DNA from: Camelus dromedarius
Taxonomy: Eukaryota
Assembly (NCBI RefSeq): GCF_036321535.1
Contig: NC_087437.1
Span: forward strand, 79,920,001 to 79,984,000
Length of the DNA stretch: 64,000 bases
Direction: 5' to 3'
This document shows, piece by piece, positions 23,386-37,685 of this stretch. Numbering within the stretch: the first letter of the stretch is position 1; the number at the start of each line of letters is the position of its first letter. The position numbers and the translations under genes are program-made. Under the pieces are notes generated by a model that worked only from the letters and a program-made list of their open reading frames with translations, was not told where the DNA came from and made no database searches.

Positions 23386-26300
23386 AGGAAGAGAGTTTCA
23401 GGCTTCCTTTAGCAAATAAATGCTTGTGCACTGAGCTCTGGGGACGAAGTGTGGATATAACTGACTGTGGATAATCACTGGATTATTTCTGTTATAAGCT
23501 GAGCCCACAAACCCTTCCAGTCATTGTAGGACACAGGCCAAAGTTTATAAAATAAATAATTAGTGAATTGTCATGTAAACGCAACCAATGTGTAGAGCCA
23601 GGTTCAGCCTTAATGTAAAACTTTTTTGGCCGAAGGCTTCATAGGCTTTGCCTGAATACCCCAGACCATTCATAGAATGGTTCACTATAACTGTGTCAAA
23701 TAACTCTGAAGCTAGTATTTTCAGTAACTGAAATAGGGCATAGTAGCAGCAATAGTTTTATTTAATGGTTACTATTCCTCCAATCACGCTGTCTCCCCTA
23801 GAAGTAAATCACACTGAGTAGCTATTATGACGGCATAACTGGATGGTCAGAAAATATCTCAGCTTCTATCATTAGGCCTGGGTAGGTAGAGTCATAATCT
23901 AAGTCTAGAGATCTTTGCCCATATTCATCATTAACTGAGATAAATAACAGATGCCAAATACATAGAGAAGCCAAACATATAGAGGGTAAAGGTATACAAG
24001 ACTAATTTAGATCAGCTGCTTAAACTAATCAGCTTACTCCATAATTCCACTCTCTTTTATATAGACCAGACTTAGTGTATAAGGAAATAATTGCCTCTTT
24101 TTGATAAAAAGAGTTTTATAACACTGAGAAAACTTATCAATTTCAAGTATTTGGTTCTTCAAACTAAGTCTCCTATTATTTGTTTATTTTTCTTAAGATG
24201 GCATTTTCCCATTTCTGAACATTACTGCAGCTGTAGGCCATTCAATAAAAATATTATTTCTTCCCTATAAATGTCTGTTCTGATTTACTTTTATATTGTT
24301 TCTTTAACCCCGATTTAGTTTTATCCTATGGCAATGTTTTGAGCTGAAAAGCATAACATAACTTGGCATTATACCTGTAAGAATTACTGACGTGACGATG
24401 TCACAGTTATAAACCCAGGGCAGCAATGATTAAAATAAAAGAGTAAGAAGAAAAGAGTTAGTGTCACTGAAAAATATGCCTTTTAAACATCTAACCCTTA
24501 ATGGAAACTATTCTCCAAGTATGAGAGTAAATTGTGTGTTTCAGCACAGTCGTCAATAGAGGAATAAGTTTTGAGAATTGAAGTATTATTAAAATAGTAT
24601 ACTATAATAAATGGAACAGCTTTGTGACTGCAGTACTTGTGGTTATTTTAATTACCAGACAAAGTATGCTGTAAAAACAGTTGCATGATTTCTTTCTAGA
24701 ACAAAGGCATTGGCTGAAATGTCTCAGCCAGCAAGAAACAGAAACAATCAGCTGAGGGAATGACCTTCAGCAAGGGCTGACCTTCAAGGACCAGTCAGAG
24801 GTAAGCAACAATTCTGCTACAGAAGAGCTCAACACAGGGCACATGAGCAGAACTGAGTGGAATAGATGGAATAAATGGATCAGAAAAGCTGTTCTTTTCT
24901 TACGAGTCTTTGGCAGCCAAACACTATGACTCTGGGGTACTGGGAGGAAACACCACTGGGAAGTGTACAAATCTTCAACATTTAAATATCAAAGGGAATC
25001 TTTCCATTTCCTACATTCCCCAAAGAAGATAACATGCTGCCAGAGATCTCAGGGCAAACTATCACCATCCAAACTTTGCCAAAAAGCAAGAGTTCACATC
25101 AACAAAGTAAATGGACATCAGTTTTCCAGCAACCAAACTTCATGAGTTAAAGATTGTCTAATCAGCGCTAGGTGAGGACCCAAAATGGAAAGCCTGAAAT
25201 TCCCCTGGAAATAATGATGAGTATTATTGTTACAGTATACAGGAGAAGCTAATGATTCCCAGTACGATGAGGACCATTAGTTCCTAACTCACAAATCTCC
25301 GATGGAAGCTTAGAGGGATGACCTCCTTAGGGATTTGTAATCATCCTTCCTCCTCCTAAATCTACAATTTAAACTTTCACCCGCCCCAGCCTCAAGAAGG
25401 TTCCTCAAGAAGTATAAAACATGGAAAAGATAATGGATGGAGAAAGTAAATTGACATTCTGACTAGAGGAAATTTATAAATTCAGTATCAATGATGCAAC
25501 TGCAGCAAACGCAATTTAATATGTTTTAAGTTTAATAACAAAGTAGCTTCTCTATAAGCCACAAAGTTGGCATCTGAAAAATGGCTGATAAGGAGCCCAG
25601 GCTGTAATGAATCTCATCACTAGTATGTTATCTCTAAATGTTCTTCATTTACTATTTTGCATAGTGTGATGAAATCTATTTCCTACACTTACATCTGGCG
25701 ATGTCATACTACTTCTGATTCTAAGAATGTGAAAAACGACTTGTAAATGTTTGCAGGTCTCCTTCAAGCCTGTTTTACTATAAAACACCCTCATCTTCAC
25801 TTTTGAAAATCTCCAACCGAAATGTACAAGAACGAAGTACTTTGAAAGTGACACAGACCTGTGTGAGGCATACCATTCAGGTTTAGGGTAGTATCAGGGA
25901 AGTAAGTGCTTAGGAACTAGGGAGAAAAGCATCAGAACATAAGAGATGAACACAACAAAGGGTGCGGCAGCTACCAAACACAAAATTTGCTCTTTCCCCA
26001 GTTTTGCTGAGAGATCGTCTTGTACCCAATAAAGTGAGGTTTTTGTATGAATATCTTTAATTCTCTACAAATTTCTGCCTACTGCCTATTATAATTTCTA
26101 ATCCTGTCTATTAATTTGTCTATTTTATCAATTAAATAGGTCTCGTGAACTAGTCTATAAACAGGCTTTTTGTGAATTGAGAATTCTATCATCACTGTGT
26201 TGCTGCTATTACAAATTACTGTTTAGAAATTTTTAAAAAAAAAGCATTTAGTAGACGCTATTTAAAAGTCAAGGGACTAGGGAGACGAGCAAAATGAATA

Positions 26301-29300
26301 TAGACCTTAACGGATATAGAGCTTCAGTTCGTAGGATGTAAAGAGTTCTGCAGATAGATGGTGCTGGTGGTTGCAGGACAATATAATTATACTCAATATA
26401 ACTGAATTGTACACTTAAAAATTGTTAAAGATGATAAATTTCATATTATGTATATTTTAAGACAAGGGAAAATGTTGGAAAAAATGTCAAGGGTTAACTG
26501 TTTAAGTATTTCTCTGTGACTAAAATAATTTGTGCCTAAAGTAAAAGGGAAGTCCCTGAAGTTTACTCTTTTTTGCTATGTCTGAAACTATAAAAGACCC
26601 CAGAAGTATATTAGATATGAACTACAGAAAAAAATTCTGAAGTTATAAAAAGGAATCAAAGGATCATTGTACATACTGCAGGTAATTTACTGATCTGGCC
26701 ACACCACTCTTTATCAAGTAGGATTTCCTTTGTTTGTATCTGTTTGCTCAAAATGAAAACAATCTTCTTAACTCTCTAGTTAGAACCCAGAATAGTAAGG
26801 TTTTCTATCTACCACTTAATCTGCATCTTAATTAAACCATTAAATACTATCTCAGTGCATACAGGAATTAGCTTTGCCTTCTATATCTCCTTTTCATTCA
26901 AAGATTTCAATTTGAAATTTTAAAAAAATTCCCCATTTCAAGAGATGTCTAATAAATGGCCAATAAAAGCCAGAGTCTGGGATTTACAGATTAACTTTCT
27001 AAGATTTGTCTTTTCTTTTTCCTTTTGGCTTATAAAGTTATTTATTCAAGGATTAATCATTCCGCTCCCAAAGGAGATTTTACAAATGAGTCTTCAGTGT
27101 TCTTTATCAAAAATGATTATAGTTTCTCCTTACTCCTAGAAGACATGGAGCATGTAATGGCTTCATTACATAGAATACTAGAAGGAATGGAGGAACCGAG
27201 ATGTTTAAAGCTGAATTAAAAGGTCAAGTTCACAACATGTTAGATTGTAGAGAGAAGGAAAAAAACTTGTGTTGCTGCCCTTTGGCTTTGGCTCCTGGCC
27301 CACATAATTGGAATTCTACCTCGTCATAATGATTCTTCCTTTTCCTCCTTTTTCCATGATGTCATTCATTTCTTTGAGGAAGCTTCTGCTTTGCGTGGCA
27401 TGCCCCTCTTAAACATTCCAATAACACTCTCTGTATTCCCTCTATGGCAATCAGCCTATTTACTATAATCATCTGCTGCTTTGTCTGTCTCTTCCACTAA
27501 GCTGTGAACAGGTATTGATTCTAGACTTCTCGGACTTATTTCAGGTGCTAGCATATCGTTTAATGTGCCGGGATGAAATAGACAAGAATGAAAAAGAACA
27601 GCTACTGTGTTTAGGTCTTTGTTCTAAGCCTTTTTACATTTATTAAACTCTCAAATCAACACTTTGATGTAGATGCCATTATTATCCCATTCTATAGGTG
27701 AGGAAACTGAGGTACATACAAGTTAAGGGAATTGCATACATTCACAGAGACAGTTAAGTAACCCTGGCCCATAACCATCATGCTAAACTGAATGCACAGA
27801 ATAATGAGAGCTGAGAGGCACTTCACACACAGATTCCCAGGGTGACTTAAAATTCTAAGAGATGAAGGGCCACATGGAAAGGAAAACTATCCCTTGCCTC
27901 TTGCCCCCCATGCTTTATATTAAATGAGTAAAATACTTTTTATTAATGAATACAATTCAAAGGGATTAGGAGTGTCATCATGCTACCAAAGATAACCAGT
28001 TTGTATTCTGATACTGATCCTTCCAAACTACTTAAAGACAATTTTTATACAAAATGGGGTCATACTATGTGTACTCTTAAATAATCTGCTTTTGTTTCTT
28101 AACATAATATTGTACATATATTCCCACAGCAACAGATACAAATCTTCAACGTGATCTTTAATAGTTGCCCAATAAATTTTTCTTTAAATACCTTGGTTTG
28201 GCATCACCCATGGGTACACATTCTAATAGGTCAGCATAGAGATGTGAAATCTCAGTATTATTCTGAAAAATGGAGCTATTAGGTGAAAGAGTGAAAGCTG
28301 AGGTATAAGAATACTACCAACAGGAAATTAGCAAGAGACAAGACATAAGGCAGTTAAGGGCTATGATTGTCCCTCAACAATCAAGCAGGATGTGGTGATG
28401 CTGGTAGAAGACACAAAGGAGGGAGGTTATAAGAGTGCAGATACACCACTTCTATGGCTAGGTTCCCAAGCATACACTGGCTAACTGTTTCCACTAGAAA
28501 TTTCAGTTGGACACAAAAGAGCCAAATGGCTTTTAGGACACCTTTGAGAAAACTTGTCTCTGGTTAAATAGAGCTAGTCATTTAGACATGTGAAGCAAAA
28601 ACCGTTGGTACCTTTTGCTTCCTGCTCAGAATGGTTGTGTGTTTTGGTTTAGAAATGGCGCTAAATACATTCTGGCATTCAGACTAATATGCAGAAGAGC
28701 CTAGGTCAAGCATGCTTCCTACAAATGAAAATAGGAGTAGTAGAAGGGATGACTGCATTACTTGCCAAATTTTAAACATGTTCATGGTGCATGTGTTTGT
28801 ATATTTGAACATCTCAGGCACTAATGGATCAGTAGTTGAAGACATATCTTGACAGGGAGTAAGAAGGAAAGAACATTCACAAAGCAATGCCCATTTTCCT
28901 GTTACACCACACCAAGGGCACTTAAACTGTACATAAAACACTTTACAAGCAGGTCTCTTTCCAAGAAAATGGAAAGACATGCTTAATCTGTAGGAAAATA
29001 AAACTTCCTGGGCTGAGGTCTCAGACGATTGATTTTAAAGGTTCATTCTTTTCCAGTTGTGGTATTTTGCTTTAACGAGGCATGTGAAATGCTTCAGTTT
29101 ACCCCTTGGCCATCTTCAAACCTTGTTTTAATTTCCATGTGTCCTTAATAAAATTCTTGGAAAAGAGACATTCATCCATTTCCATGAAATTTGGCCATGA
29201 GAAGAAAGCCTCATGAAGGAGAGAATTCCTGGATCACTAAGACAGTAACCATAGCACAGATGGGCGTCAACCAAGCTCTACGGTAAGGAGTAGCCAAGTT

Positions 29301-31517
29301 CCTACACTTATGAGGCCCTTGATTTGGCTGACATCCTCTTCAAGGTCTGTGGTGGGAAATGAAAGAAATGAGGCCATTATTTCACAGAGTATCTCACCCA
29401 TCTCCTCTCTTCTTCAATACCACCCTCTCTACTCCTAACTCTTACTACGCTGAGCAAATAAGCAGAACAAAACTAGACAAGAGTCACCACAAAGGCCGAC
29501 AGCCTCCCTTCATCTACAGTCCAGCAGACAGACTGTTCTGATTTCTAAGGGAGGGGATCCTTCCCCTACACACTGACCCAACCCTCTTCTCGTCCTTCAG
29601 GATTTTGCTCCTACAATATACCCACTTCTCTCTCCGTCACCTTCTCTCTCCCAACATGATCACTCCTATTTTTATGAGAAGCAGTGCCTAAGGATGTGGG
29701 ATCTGGAAATAGAGGGCTGGGATTGAAGTCCCCTCCCCACCCTGTAGTAGCTGCATGACCATGACCTCACTCTTGACTTCTTTTGTAAGTCAATTTCCTC
29801 TGTAAGATGAAAGATTCTTATAAAAATTGGGAATTAAATGAATCGGTATTTTTAGAACACTTAGTTTCAGGCACATGGTACCTTATATAAGAATGAGCTA
29901 TTTTTATTATCCCCATAGAAATGTATTTCAATACTTTCCATATTTGAGAAAGTCATTTTTAGACACTAAGCCACCTTCCATCTACAGCCCCATTTCACCA
30001 ATCTTCTTTCTGGTCAACTCTTCTAAATAGCTTTTTTTTCCTATCTCCACTTCTCACCTCCCACTCTTCCAGTTAAGCCCCTCACCCTCACCCATGAGGC
30101 CCATGGAATCAGGTCTCAATGTCATCAAGGGTCTTCATATTGCCAAAGAGAGTGAGATCTAGTCCAGCAAAAGCAAAACTCAGAGTCGGAAAAAGACTGT
30201 AAGTACTCAGAACTTGCTCAAGTGTTGGGGCACCATATTGGTCTCTCTAAGATATAAGGTAATAAATCTGTGCTAAAACTTTTTATCTTACTTAAAAGGG
30301 CAGAGTCATCTCAACTAACATCTGGGTTACATTAATATCTATATAAACAATATCCCCTGGGATCATACAAAATATATTCACTTTCACAGTTCAACCCAAA
30401 GTCCACTGGATTAATAGTTCTCACACATTAACACAGGACCTTATCCCTCTGCTTTGTGATGTTGCTGTGGAAATGCCTAGAGTGACATATGGTTTGCCCC
30501 CACAGTCTCTTCCCATTTCTCTCTGCCTTCCTGCTGCTCTCCTGCAATTTCACTGTTTTGTCCAAACTTCACTCTGATTGCCTCTGCTGGTGTGGCTGGC
30601 ACTAGACTGATGTCTAGGGTAAATTTATCATCCAAACTGGGACACTTTTGAGAGTGAAAGGAGGTTGCTTTAAGTCAAGTCGCTTAGCAGTAAAGCACCC
30701 GCCCTCCTCTGCAAGATAAGGATCCACGTGCATTTGATTTACTGAGGGAAAGCCCTTCAGGATAAACCTATAAGGGAGTGAGGGAAGTGGAAGAGGAAGG
30801 CTGGCAGGAACTGAGCAAGGATAGGGTCTCACTGAGGTCTGGTCCCAGCCTCATCCACAGGAGTCTCTGCGGCATAAATCACTCTATAAAGGTGTCCCCG
30901 TCTTGAGCGGGTGGGGTGGATCTTTTGCACCTGTTTCTGTTGGCCATTGACTATGGATCAGTCACTCCTGGAGAAACACTCCTCTCTAAGCTGAGGGCAC
31001 TTTCGTGCGCATGTGCCTATGTGTTCAGCAAAGTCGGGGTGGGGGGGTGTTGGTGTAGTGTCAGCTGCAAGCCATCAGCAGTCCACATTCACAGCTACTG
31101 AGATACGAGTGCATCAGCCTGTAAAAGAATCTGGGTGAGCCACTAACAGCACCCACTACAGGAGCACCCACTAATATTTATGCCTGGATCATTTCACGCC
31201 AACAGGACATTTGGTCACTATACATGTGTCTCTGACATTGCCACCCATGCTGTGGCACTGCTCTGCTTTGAGCCTCCCGTGGGCATGTCAGTTTTGAGGG
31301 ACCACTTTTACAGCCACAGAGCATCACTGCATAGATGCCCTCGGGCTGCTGTTCCAGGCACGCCACTGCCACCCGCCAACATTCTCTAGATCACCCAGAC
31401 TATTGCACAGGCGGACACTGGAAGGCAGCTCAGAAATCTTTGCCTTCATGATCTGTCTTTGGGTTCCCATGCACCCTGTGGGAAAGAGGTCTGAACATTG
31501 AAAACCAGGATCCTCAA

Positions 31518-31653
31518 TAGGGTGAAATTATAATTTGTTGTCCAAAATCGGACAATTTTGAGAGTCAAAGGAGATGTTATTTATAATTACACTGGCACAA
31601 ACTGTACATCCTGACGATTCCAGTGAAATCTGGACACACTGTAACCAAGCCTA
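31518..31653 (+). mobile_element. hAT-Blackjack MITE (MER94-like), with a partial second copy at 30615-30662
   Basis: TAGGGTG...TCCAAAATCGGACAATTTTGAGAGT...CCTA termini. Confidence 0.6.
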
Positions 31654-31763
31654 AATAATGCCACCGTGGTGCTAGTATCCTTGCTACAACAGTAACATTT
31701 AGGATCAGGAAGGCTTTTTCTACCGTTAGAAGAGCAAAAAGCATCAAAGATTAAAAGATGAAT

Positions 31764-31912
31764 GGGGGTGGGGCTGTGGGTATAGCTCAGTAGTAGAGCA
31801 CATGCCTAGCATGCACGAGGTCCTGGGTTCCATCTGCAGTACCTCCATTACACAAACTAACAAACAAATAAATAAATAAATATTTAAACAATAAATGCTA
31901 GTTAAAAAAAAC
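31764..31912 (+). mobile_element. tRNA-derived SINE (vic-1-like)
   Basis: TATAGCTCAGTAGTAGAGCACATGCCTAGCATGCACGAGGTCCTGGGTTC, an A-rich tail and a flanking AGATGAAT repeat. Confidence 0.85.
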
Positions 31913-33483
31913 AGAGATGAATTCTGGCAGTGAAGAGCCCCAAGAACCACAGGAAAGAGGACTCACAGGCACACGGTATTCTGTATGAGGGCCTTAGGCA
32001 GAATGAGTTCAAATGCAGCCTCTCTCTGTACTTGGAATCACTGACCACCTACACTTCAGGCTATGTCACCAAATTTGCTTGATGTCATGAGACCCTTAGC
32101 AAATTCTCTCAAGGATCTTATAGCATCTCTGTACTTTCAATTTATTTGGACCCTCTCACAAGATCAACAGATGTTGAAACGTATTTCTGAGCCTTCGGTA
32201 TGTAGAAGTTATTAACTAGGGGGCTCAACGTCTTTGGCAAATTAATGCATAAAACTAGAACTAAATACCAGGCTGTGTTGCCTAACTCCAAATACAAGTT
32301 ACTGTTGAGCTTCTGCTGTGAACTAAACAGACTCTTAGGTACAAAAGGACACTGTGAAGTATGGGGTTTTGTCACTTTCCCTGCATTTGCATCTGCACAT
32401 TATGATCTTAAAGTTAGCTTGAAGAAATGCCTCTTAGTGAGATAAAAGAGCATCCTTTGTGGTATCTGAATGGATATCAATTTCTTTCCATTTTCTTATA
32501 AAAGCTCAGAGGGTTACTGGGAATTCACGTCACTGAGCACAAATACACTAATACCCTGCATAATTACTTAGCCTCATTTGTACATGAATGGTCACATATA
32601 ATAGATGTTCTGCAGAAAAGAGTTAAAGTCAATATGAATTTGAACATCTGAGAAAAGAATTAAGTCCTGTAATTCTTACTACATAATATTCTCTTTTAGA
32701 TACTCCCCAAATTTTAGGCAATTATTTAATAGCAGAGTGATAAGAACAAAGAGTACCTGAATGCAAGATTTGTTTCCAGGTGAGACCATCATCTCCTGTA
32801 AAAGGTAGTAACCTGTAAAAACAACGATTTTACACTACATACACACTCATATATCAACCCTCAATATTTTTGAACAAGTATGCTTATAATGTATCTTATA
32901 CTTAAGAAATCTGCAAATTGAAGATCATTACTATCGAAGACATGACTGATGTGATCACTAAGTCATAACCAGTATGTTCTGATGATCAGCAAAAAAAAAA
33001 TCGGGAAATTAGCAGATATATGAGTTACTGCCTATAGTTTAATCATCAAGAATGTTAGGTACACTATAAAATGTTATGTACTTAGTTACTGATAGCCTTT
33101 AACAAAATGAGTTTCATTGCTGAGATTTATTAACTCTATTCAGCCTGGACAGTCATTCAGCTCAAACTTAAAAAGCTCTCAAAATATCTAGCACCAGACT
33201 GGTTTTAATATAAGTAACAAAGTGATCATAAGAAAGGCTGAACTGTTGGATTTCAGGAAATTTACCAATCTCGGGTTAATTGTTAATGGCCTTATCAAAG
33301 CCATGGGTTCATTCTATGACCTGGTGGGTAGAGATGGAATTACCTCTGAAGTGTATGGTATATACCCACTGTCAATCATCCTGGGTTGTGGTTGATCCTG
33401 GGGTAGATCACTAGGCAACAATTTGAACAGACAATTGAGAAGGGACTTTTCCATAGGACTTGGAGCCAAAGTGGAATGAACTC

Positions 33484-34064
33484 TTTATTAATCAGGGTTC
33501 TCAAGAGACACAGAACCAATAGGACAGATACAGATACACAGGAAAGATTTATTATAGGAGTTGGTTCACGTGGTTATAGAGGATGAGAAGTTCCATGATT
33601 TACCCTCTGCAGAACTGGAGAAACAGGAAACTGGGGGTACGATTTAGTCTGAGTCTAAAGCTCTGAGAACGAAGGGAGCCAAAGGTGTAACTTCCAGTCT
33701 GAGGCAAAAGGCCTGAGAAGAGGTGGGAGTCCGGAGGGTAGGACAGTTGGAATAAGTCCTAGAGACCCTCATTCCAGAACCAGGAGCTCTGATGTTCAAG
33801 GGCAGGAGAAGATGGACATCCCAGCTCAAGAGGGAGGGAAAATTGCCTTCCCTCCAACCTCCCTTTTTGTTCTATTTGGTTCTCGACAGATTGCATGATA
33901 CCCACCTACAGTGGTGAGGGTGGATCTTCTTCACTCAGTCTACTGATTCAAGTATGAGTCTCTCCTGGAAATATTCTCTCACAGATAACCCCAGAAATAA
34001 AATTTTACCAGCTATCTGGGCCTCTCTTCGCCCAGTCAAGTTGACATCTAAAATTAACCATTAC
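33484..34064 (-). mobile_element. ERVL solo LTR (MLT2B-like)
   Basis: ATCAGGGTTCTCAAGAGACACAGAACCAATAGG...CCCAGTCAAGTTGACATCTAAAATTAACCATTACA. Confidence 0.8.
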
Positions 34065-36564
34065 AAACTCCAAAGAGTAGAAAGGCCTGGTGTGATTGCT
34101 AGGGGATGACAGCCTCCTGGTCATGTGGAAACAGTGTGGAAATGAGTGGAGGCAGTGAGCTCCTACCCTGCCAGCAGCAGGACAGCAGCAAGGTTGCCCC
34201 TGACAGTCACAGCAGGGTGGTACAGGGTCTGGCTTCCAGAGAATCCAACGGGGCAGGAGGCAAGAAGAGTTAAGACTGACCTTCGGACAGGTTAGTGAGT
34301 AGCTGCCCCACTCGAGATAGGAATAGGGACAGAGGTGGCATCGCTAACATGGATAACTTTGCCCAGGAGAACTCGTAATTCACAAGCATCTTCAGCAACA
34401 GCTGTAGCAGACGGGTGGCAAGAAAGAACCCAAGAGTCAAAGAATCTGAAGATCTTGTTTTGGTGACATGTGAAGCAGTACTTTGGAGAAATTCTCTGAA
34501 ATACATTACGGACCTTCTCTGCAGAAGTTATTTTGACAAAGAAGTGTATGCGGTCTTATGCCAATATGCCTTGATTAAATAAAGAAGTATAGCTTTATTT
34601 GTAGTCATAGGCTAGAGAGAACAAGGGTATGTAGATAAATAAAGTATTTCTACCTGAGATCGTGTTGGTTAGTTTTTCTACAGTTTCAAGCAACACTTTG
34701 AAAGGTATTTCTTGAGCATTAGAAAGATAAAGAATTCAATTTTGGTTTCTCAGTGGAGAAGGAAAACTTCAGAACATGATGCCAAAGCTAAGTTTCTAGA
34801 AAATCAATTGAACCAAAATAAAAACTAAGAAAAAAAAAGAAGAGATTATGAAATGTACTTTTACTGACAAGATTTATTTGTTATATTTATCAGGACATTC
34901 ATTAGCTTCCAGTAGAGAAAATTTCTCCAACTTTCAGTTCAAAATAGCTTTCTTATCTTAGAGTTAAAATAATTATTTTCCTTGTTTCCTCACTGTACTT
35001 CAAATCATAAGCCCTCAAATATTTGCCTGATTTAAAGGATAATTTCTAGCACTTATACTATTGTACTTTATAATATAATTTCTCATAATTATTTTGTTTC
35101 ATCTTGTAATTAACCTTTGATATAATAACTCTGTGACCATATCATTGTTATTACTATTACTATTAGAACCATTCTTTATATGTATGTATAAAAGGGTCAA
35201 GGAAATTAAGATTCTTCCAAGTTTACTGACGTATGGAAGCTTAGAGACCAACTATTCATATCATAAATTCCTCTTTTGTTTTACAAAAGCCTTCAGAGTG
35301 TTATTTTTATAAACAGGGAGATATCCCCTAATATATTAAAGTTGCCAAAAACTTATTACAGACCACATTTTGGGACATATATTGTTAACATAAAGAAAGG
35401 ACATTTGTAGTTGCATCATTATTTGTACTCAAATGTCTTAAGTAATGGGACTAATTTAGCTACAAATATTTAGAGAAAAAGTATGTATGTGCTCAATGAA
35501 ATTTATCTGCCTGATTGTACTTGAGATTGAGTAATATTTTTTATCAAATTTAGTAAAGTTTATCTAAATTGCAAAAAAAAAAAAAAGTGAAAGTAGATCT
35601 ATTAAGCTGGAGGTCTGTACGCAAAGGAAAATGGAGAATTGGTGTAACAGAGAGAACATCTCAAACCCTGAACTGTATTTGAAGTGGTCTCAAAATTGCA
35701 GTCAAAATGATTTTTAAAATTTGTTTTTTTTACATATGCATTTTGTTAAATCATTCAATAAATACACATTGAATATATACAACACACTAAGCATTGTGCT
35801 AGGCCTGGGAATACATTAGTGGAGAAAACAGACAGAAGTTAAAGGAAGGAATAAATAGATGATATAATAACCAGGATTCCTTGGTAATTTCTGTGAAGGA
35901 AAAGAAAGCAGTGAAGAAGGTAAAAAATAATGGACGGGGGTAGGTCTACTATTTGATACAGAGCCATCAAGTAGGACCTTCTCTAAAGGAGTGATATTTG
36001 AGAAGTGAAGACAGTGATTTAAAAAGAAGAGTGTTTGGGGAAGCAGGAAAAGATCCTGAGACAAAAATTAACTTGGTGCATTCAAAAAATAGCAAGAAGG
36101 TCAGTGTGAACAGGGAAGGGTAAATGATGGAAAGTGACAAGTAAACTTGGAGGGCTCGACTGGGCATATAATACTGAATTTGTAGAGCGTCTGAAGGATA
36201 ATGTTTAGTCACTGAAGAGCTCTGAGCAGGGACAAAGAATGAACTGAACCATGTTTGCTTTCTCTGAATTCCTTGAAATTGAATTACAAATTTACATAAA
36301 GCAGAACAAAAAAACTTAATTGTGCAGATCAATGACCTTTCACATGTATATACACCATGTAACCGTCACTCAGGATTCTAATTTTGAAAGATCACTGTAG
36401 AGGGTATGGGAAAAATTAAAAGAGCCTGGGAACTAGTTAGAAAGGGATGACTATAGTTTATGCAAAAGAGGTGATGTAGGCTTGAACAAAGGTGATAGCT
36501 TCTTGAAGTGGTGAGAAATGAAAGCTGGAAATTGGAGTTTACATTTCAAGATAGAGCCATTAGG

Positions 36565-36600
<36 letters not shown>

Positions 36601-36902
36601 ATTGACTACAGGTGTGAGGAAACGAGAACTATAAAAGATGATTCCAAAGTTCTGGTTCTAAGCAATGACAGTAATTGCTGGTGCTGTTTTTGAGACAGAT
36701 GAGTAGCTGACTGAGGGTGAGAGATTATGAAGAGTTCTGTCCCAGCTGTGTTGAGGTAGAGCTGTCCATCAGAATCCCTGGAGTCTGAAGCTTTAGGGGA
36801 AGGTTGGGTGACATTACCTATAGAAAAGTAAGAGCTGGCAGGAAAAACCAGAGGACAAAAGGAAGTAGAGCCGGCACATGCCTATGAAGAAAAAGCCAGG
36901 GC

Positions 36903-37685
36903 GGTAGCAGGAAAATAGGTGTCCCTCCAAAGAATCGTGTGTCGAAGTCCTAAACCCTGTGCTTCAGAATGAGGCTGTATTTGGAGACAGGGTCTTTAAA
37001 GAGAAAATTAAGTTAAAATGAGGTCATGAAGGTGGGCCCTAATCCAATATGACTGGTGTCCTCATAAGAAGAGGAGATTAGGACACAGACACAGACAGAA
37101 GACCTTGCGAGAATGAGAGGAGAAGAAAGCCATCTACTCATATTGGGGTCTAAAAAAAAAAAGGGAAAGAAAAAGGACACTAATGAACTTATCTACAAAA
37201 CAGAAACAGACTCACAGGCACAGTAAACAATCTTATGGTTACCAGGGGAAAGGGGGTGGGAAAAGATAAATCCGGAAGTTTGAGGTTTGCAAATGATAAC
37301 CACTATACATAAAAATAGATTAAAACAACAAATTTCTTCTATATAGCACAGGGAACTATATTCAGCACCTTGTAATAATCTTTAAAGAAAAAGAATATGA
37401 ACATGAATATATGTATGTATCTGCATGACTGGGACATTGTGCTGTAGACCAGAAATTGACACATTATAACTGACTATACTTCAATTAAAAAAATAATTAA
37501 TAATACAAATTTAAAAAAATTTTTTTAAAAAAGAAGCCAAAGAGAGAGGCCTTAGAAGAAACTGAGCCTGCCAGCATGCTGATCTCAGACTGCTAATCTA
37601 GCGTTGTAAAAAAACAAAGTTCTGTTGCTGCTTAAGGCACCCGGTCTGTGGTACCTGGTTATGGCAGCCCTGACCAGCCAACACA
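36903..37685 (+). mobile_element. MLT1B-like LTR interrupted by an L1 3' end
   Basis: MLT1 motifs GGTGGGCCCTAATCCAATATGACTGG and AAGCCAAAGAGAGAGGCC...GGCAGCCCTG lie on either side of the L1 insert. Confidence 0.75.
37140..37532 (+). mobile_element. 5'-truncated LINE-1 3'UTR (cetartiodactyl type)
   Basis: AATGAACTTATCTACAAAACAGAAACAGACTCACAG, TATAGCACAGGGAACTATATTC, ACTGACTATACTTCAATT and an A tail. Confidence 0.85.

Noticed and set aside
34230..34585. Purine-rich, mRNA-like stretch ending in AATAAA as a processed pseudogene
   Set aside because: No recognisable protein, poly-A tail or TSD.
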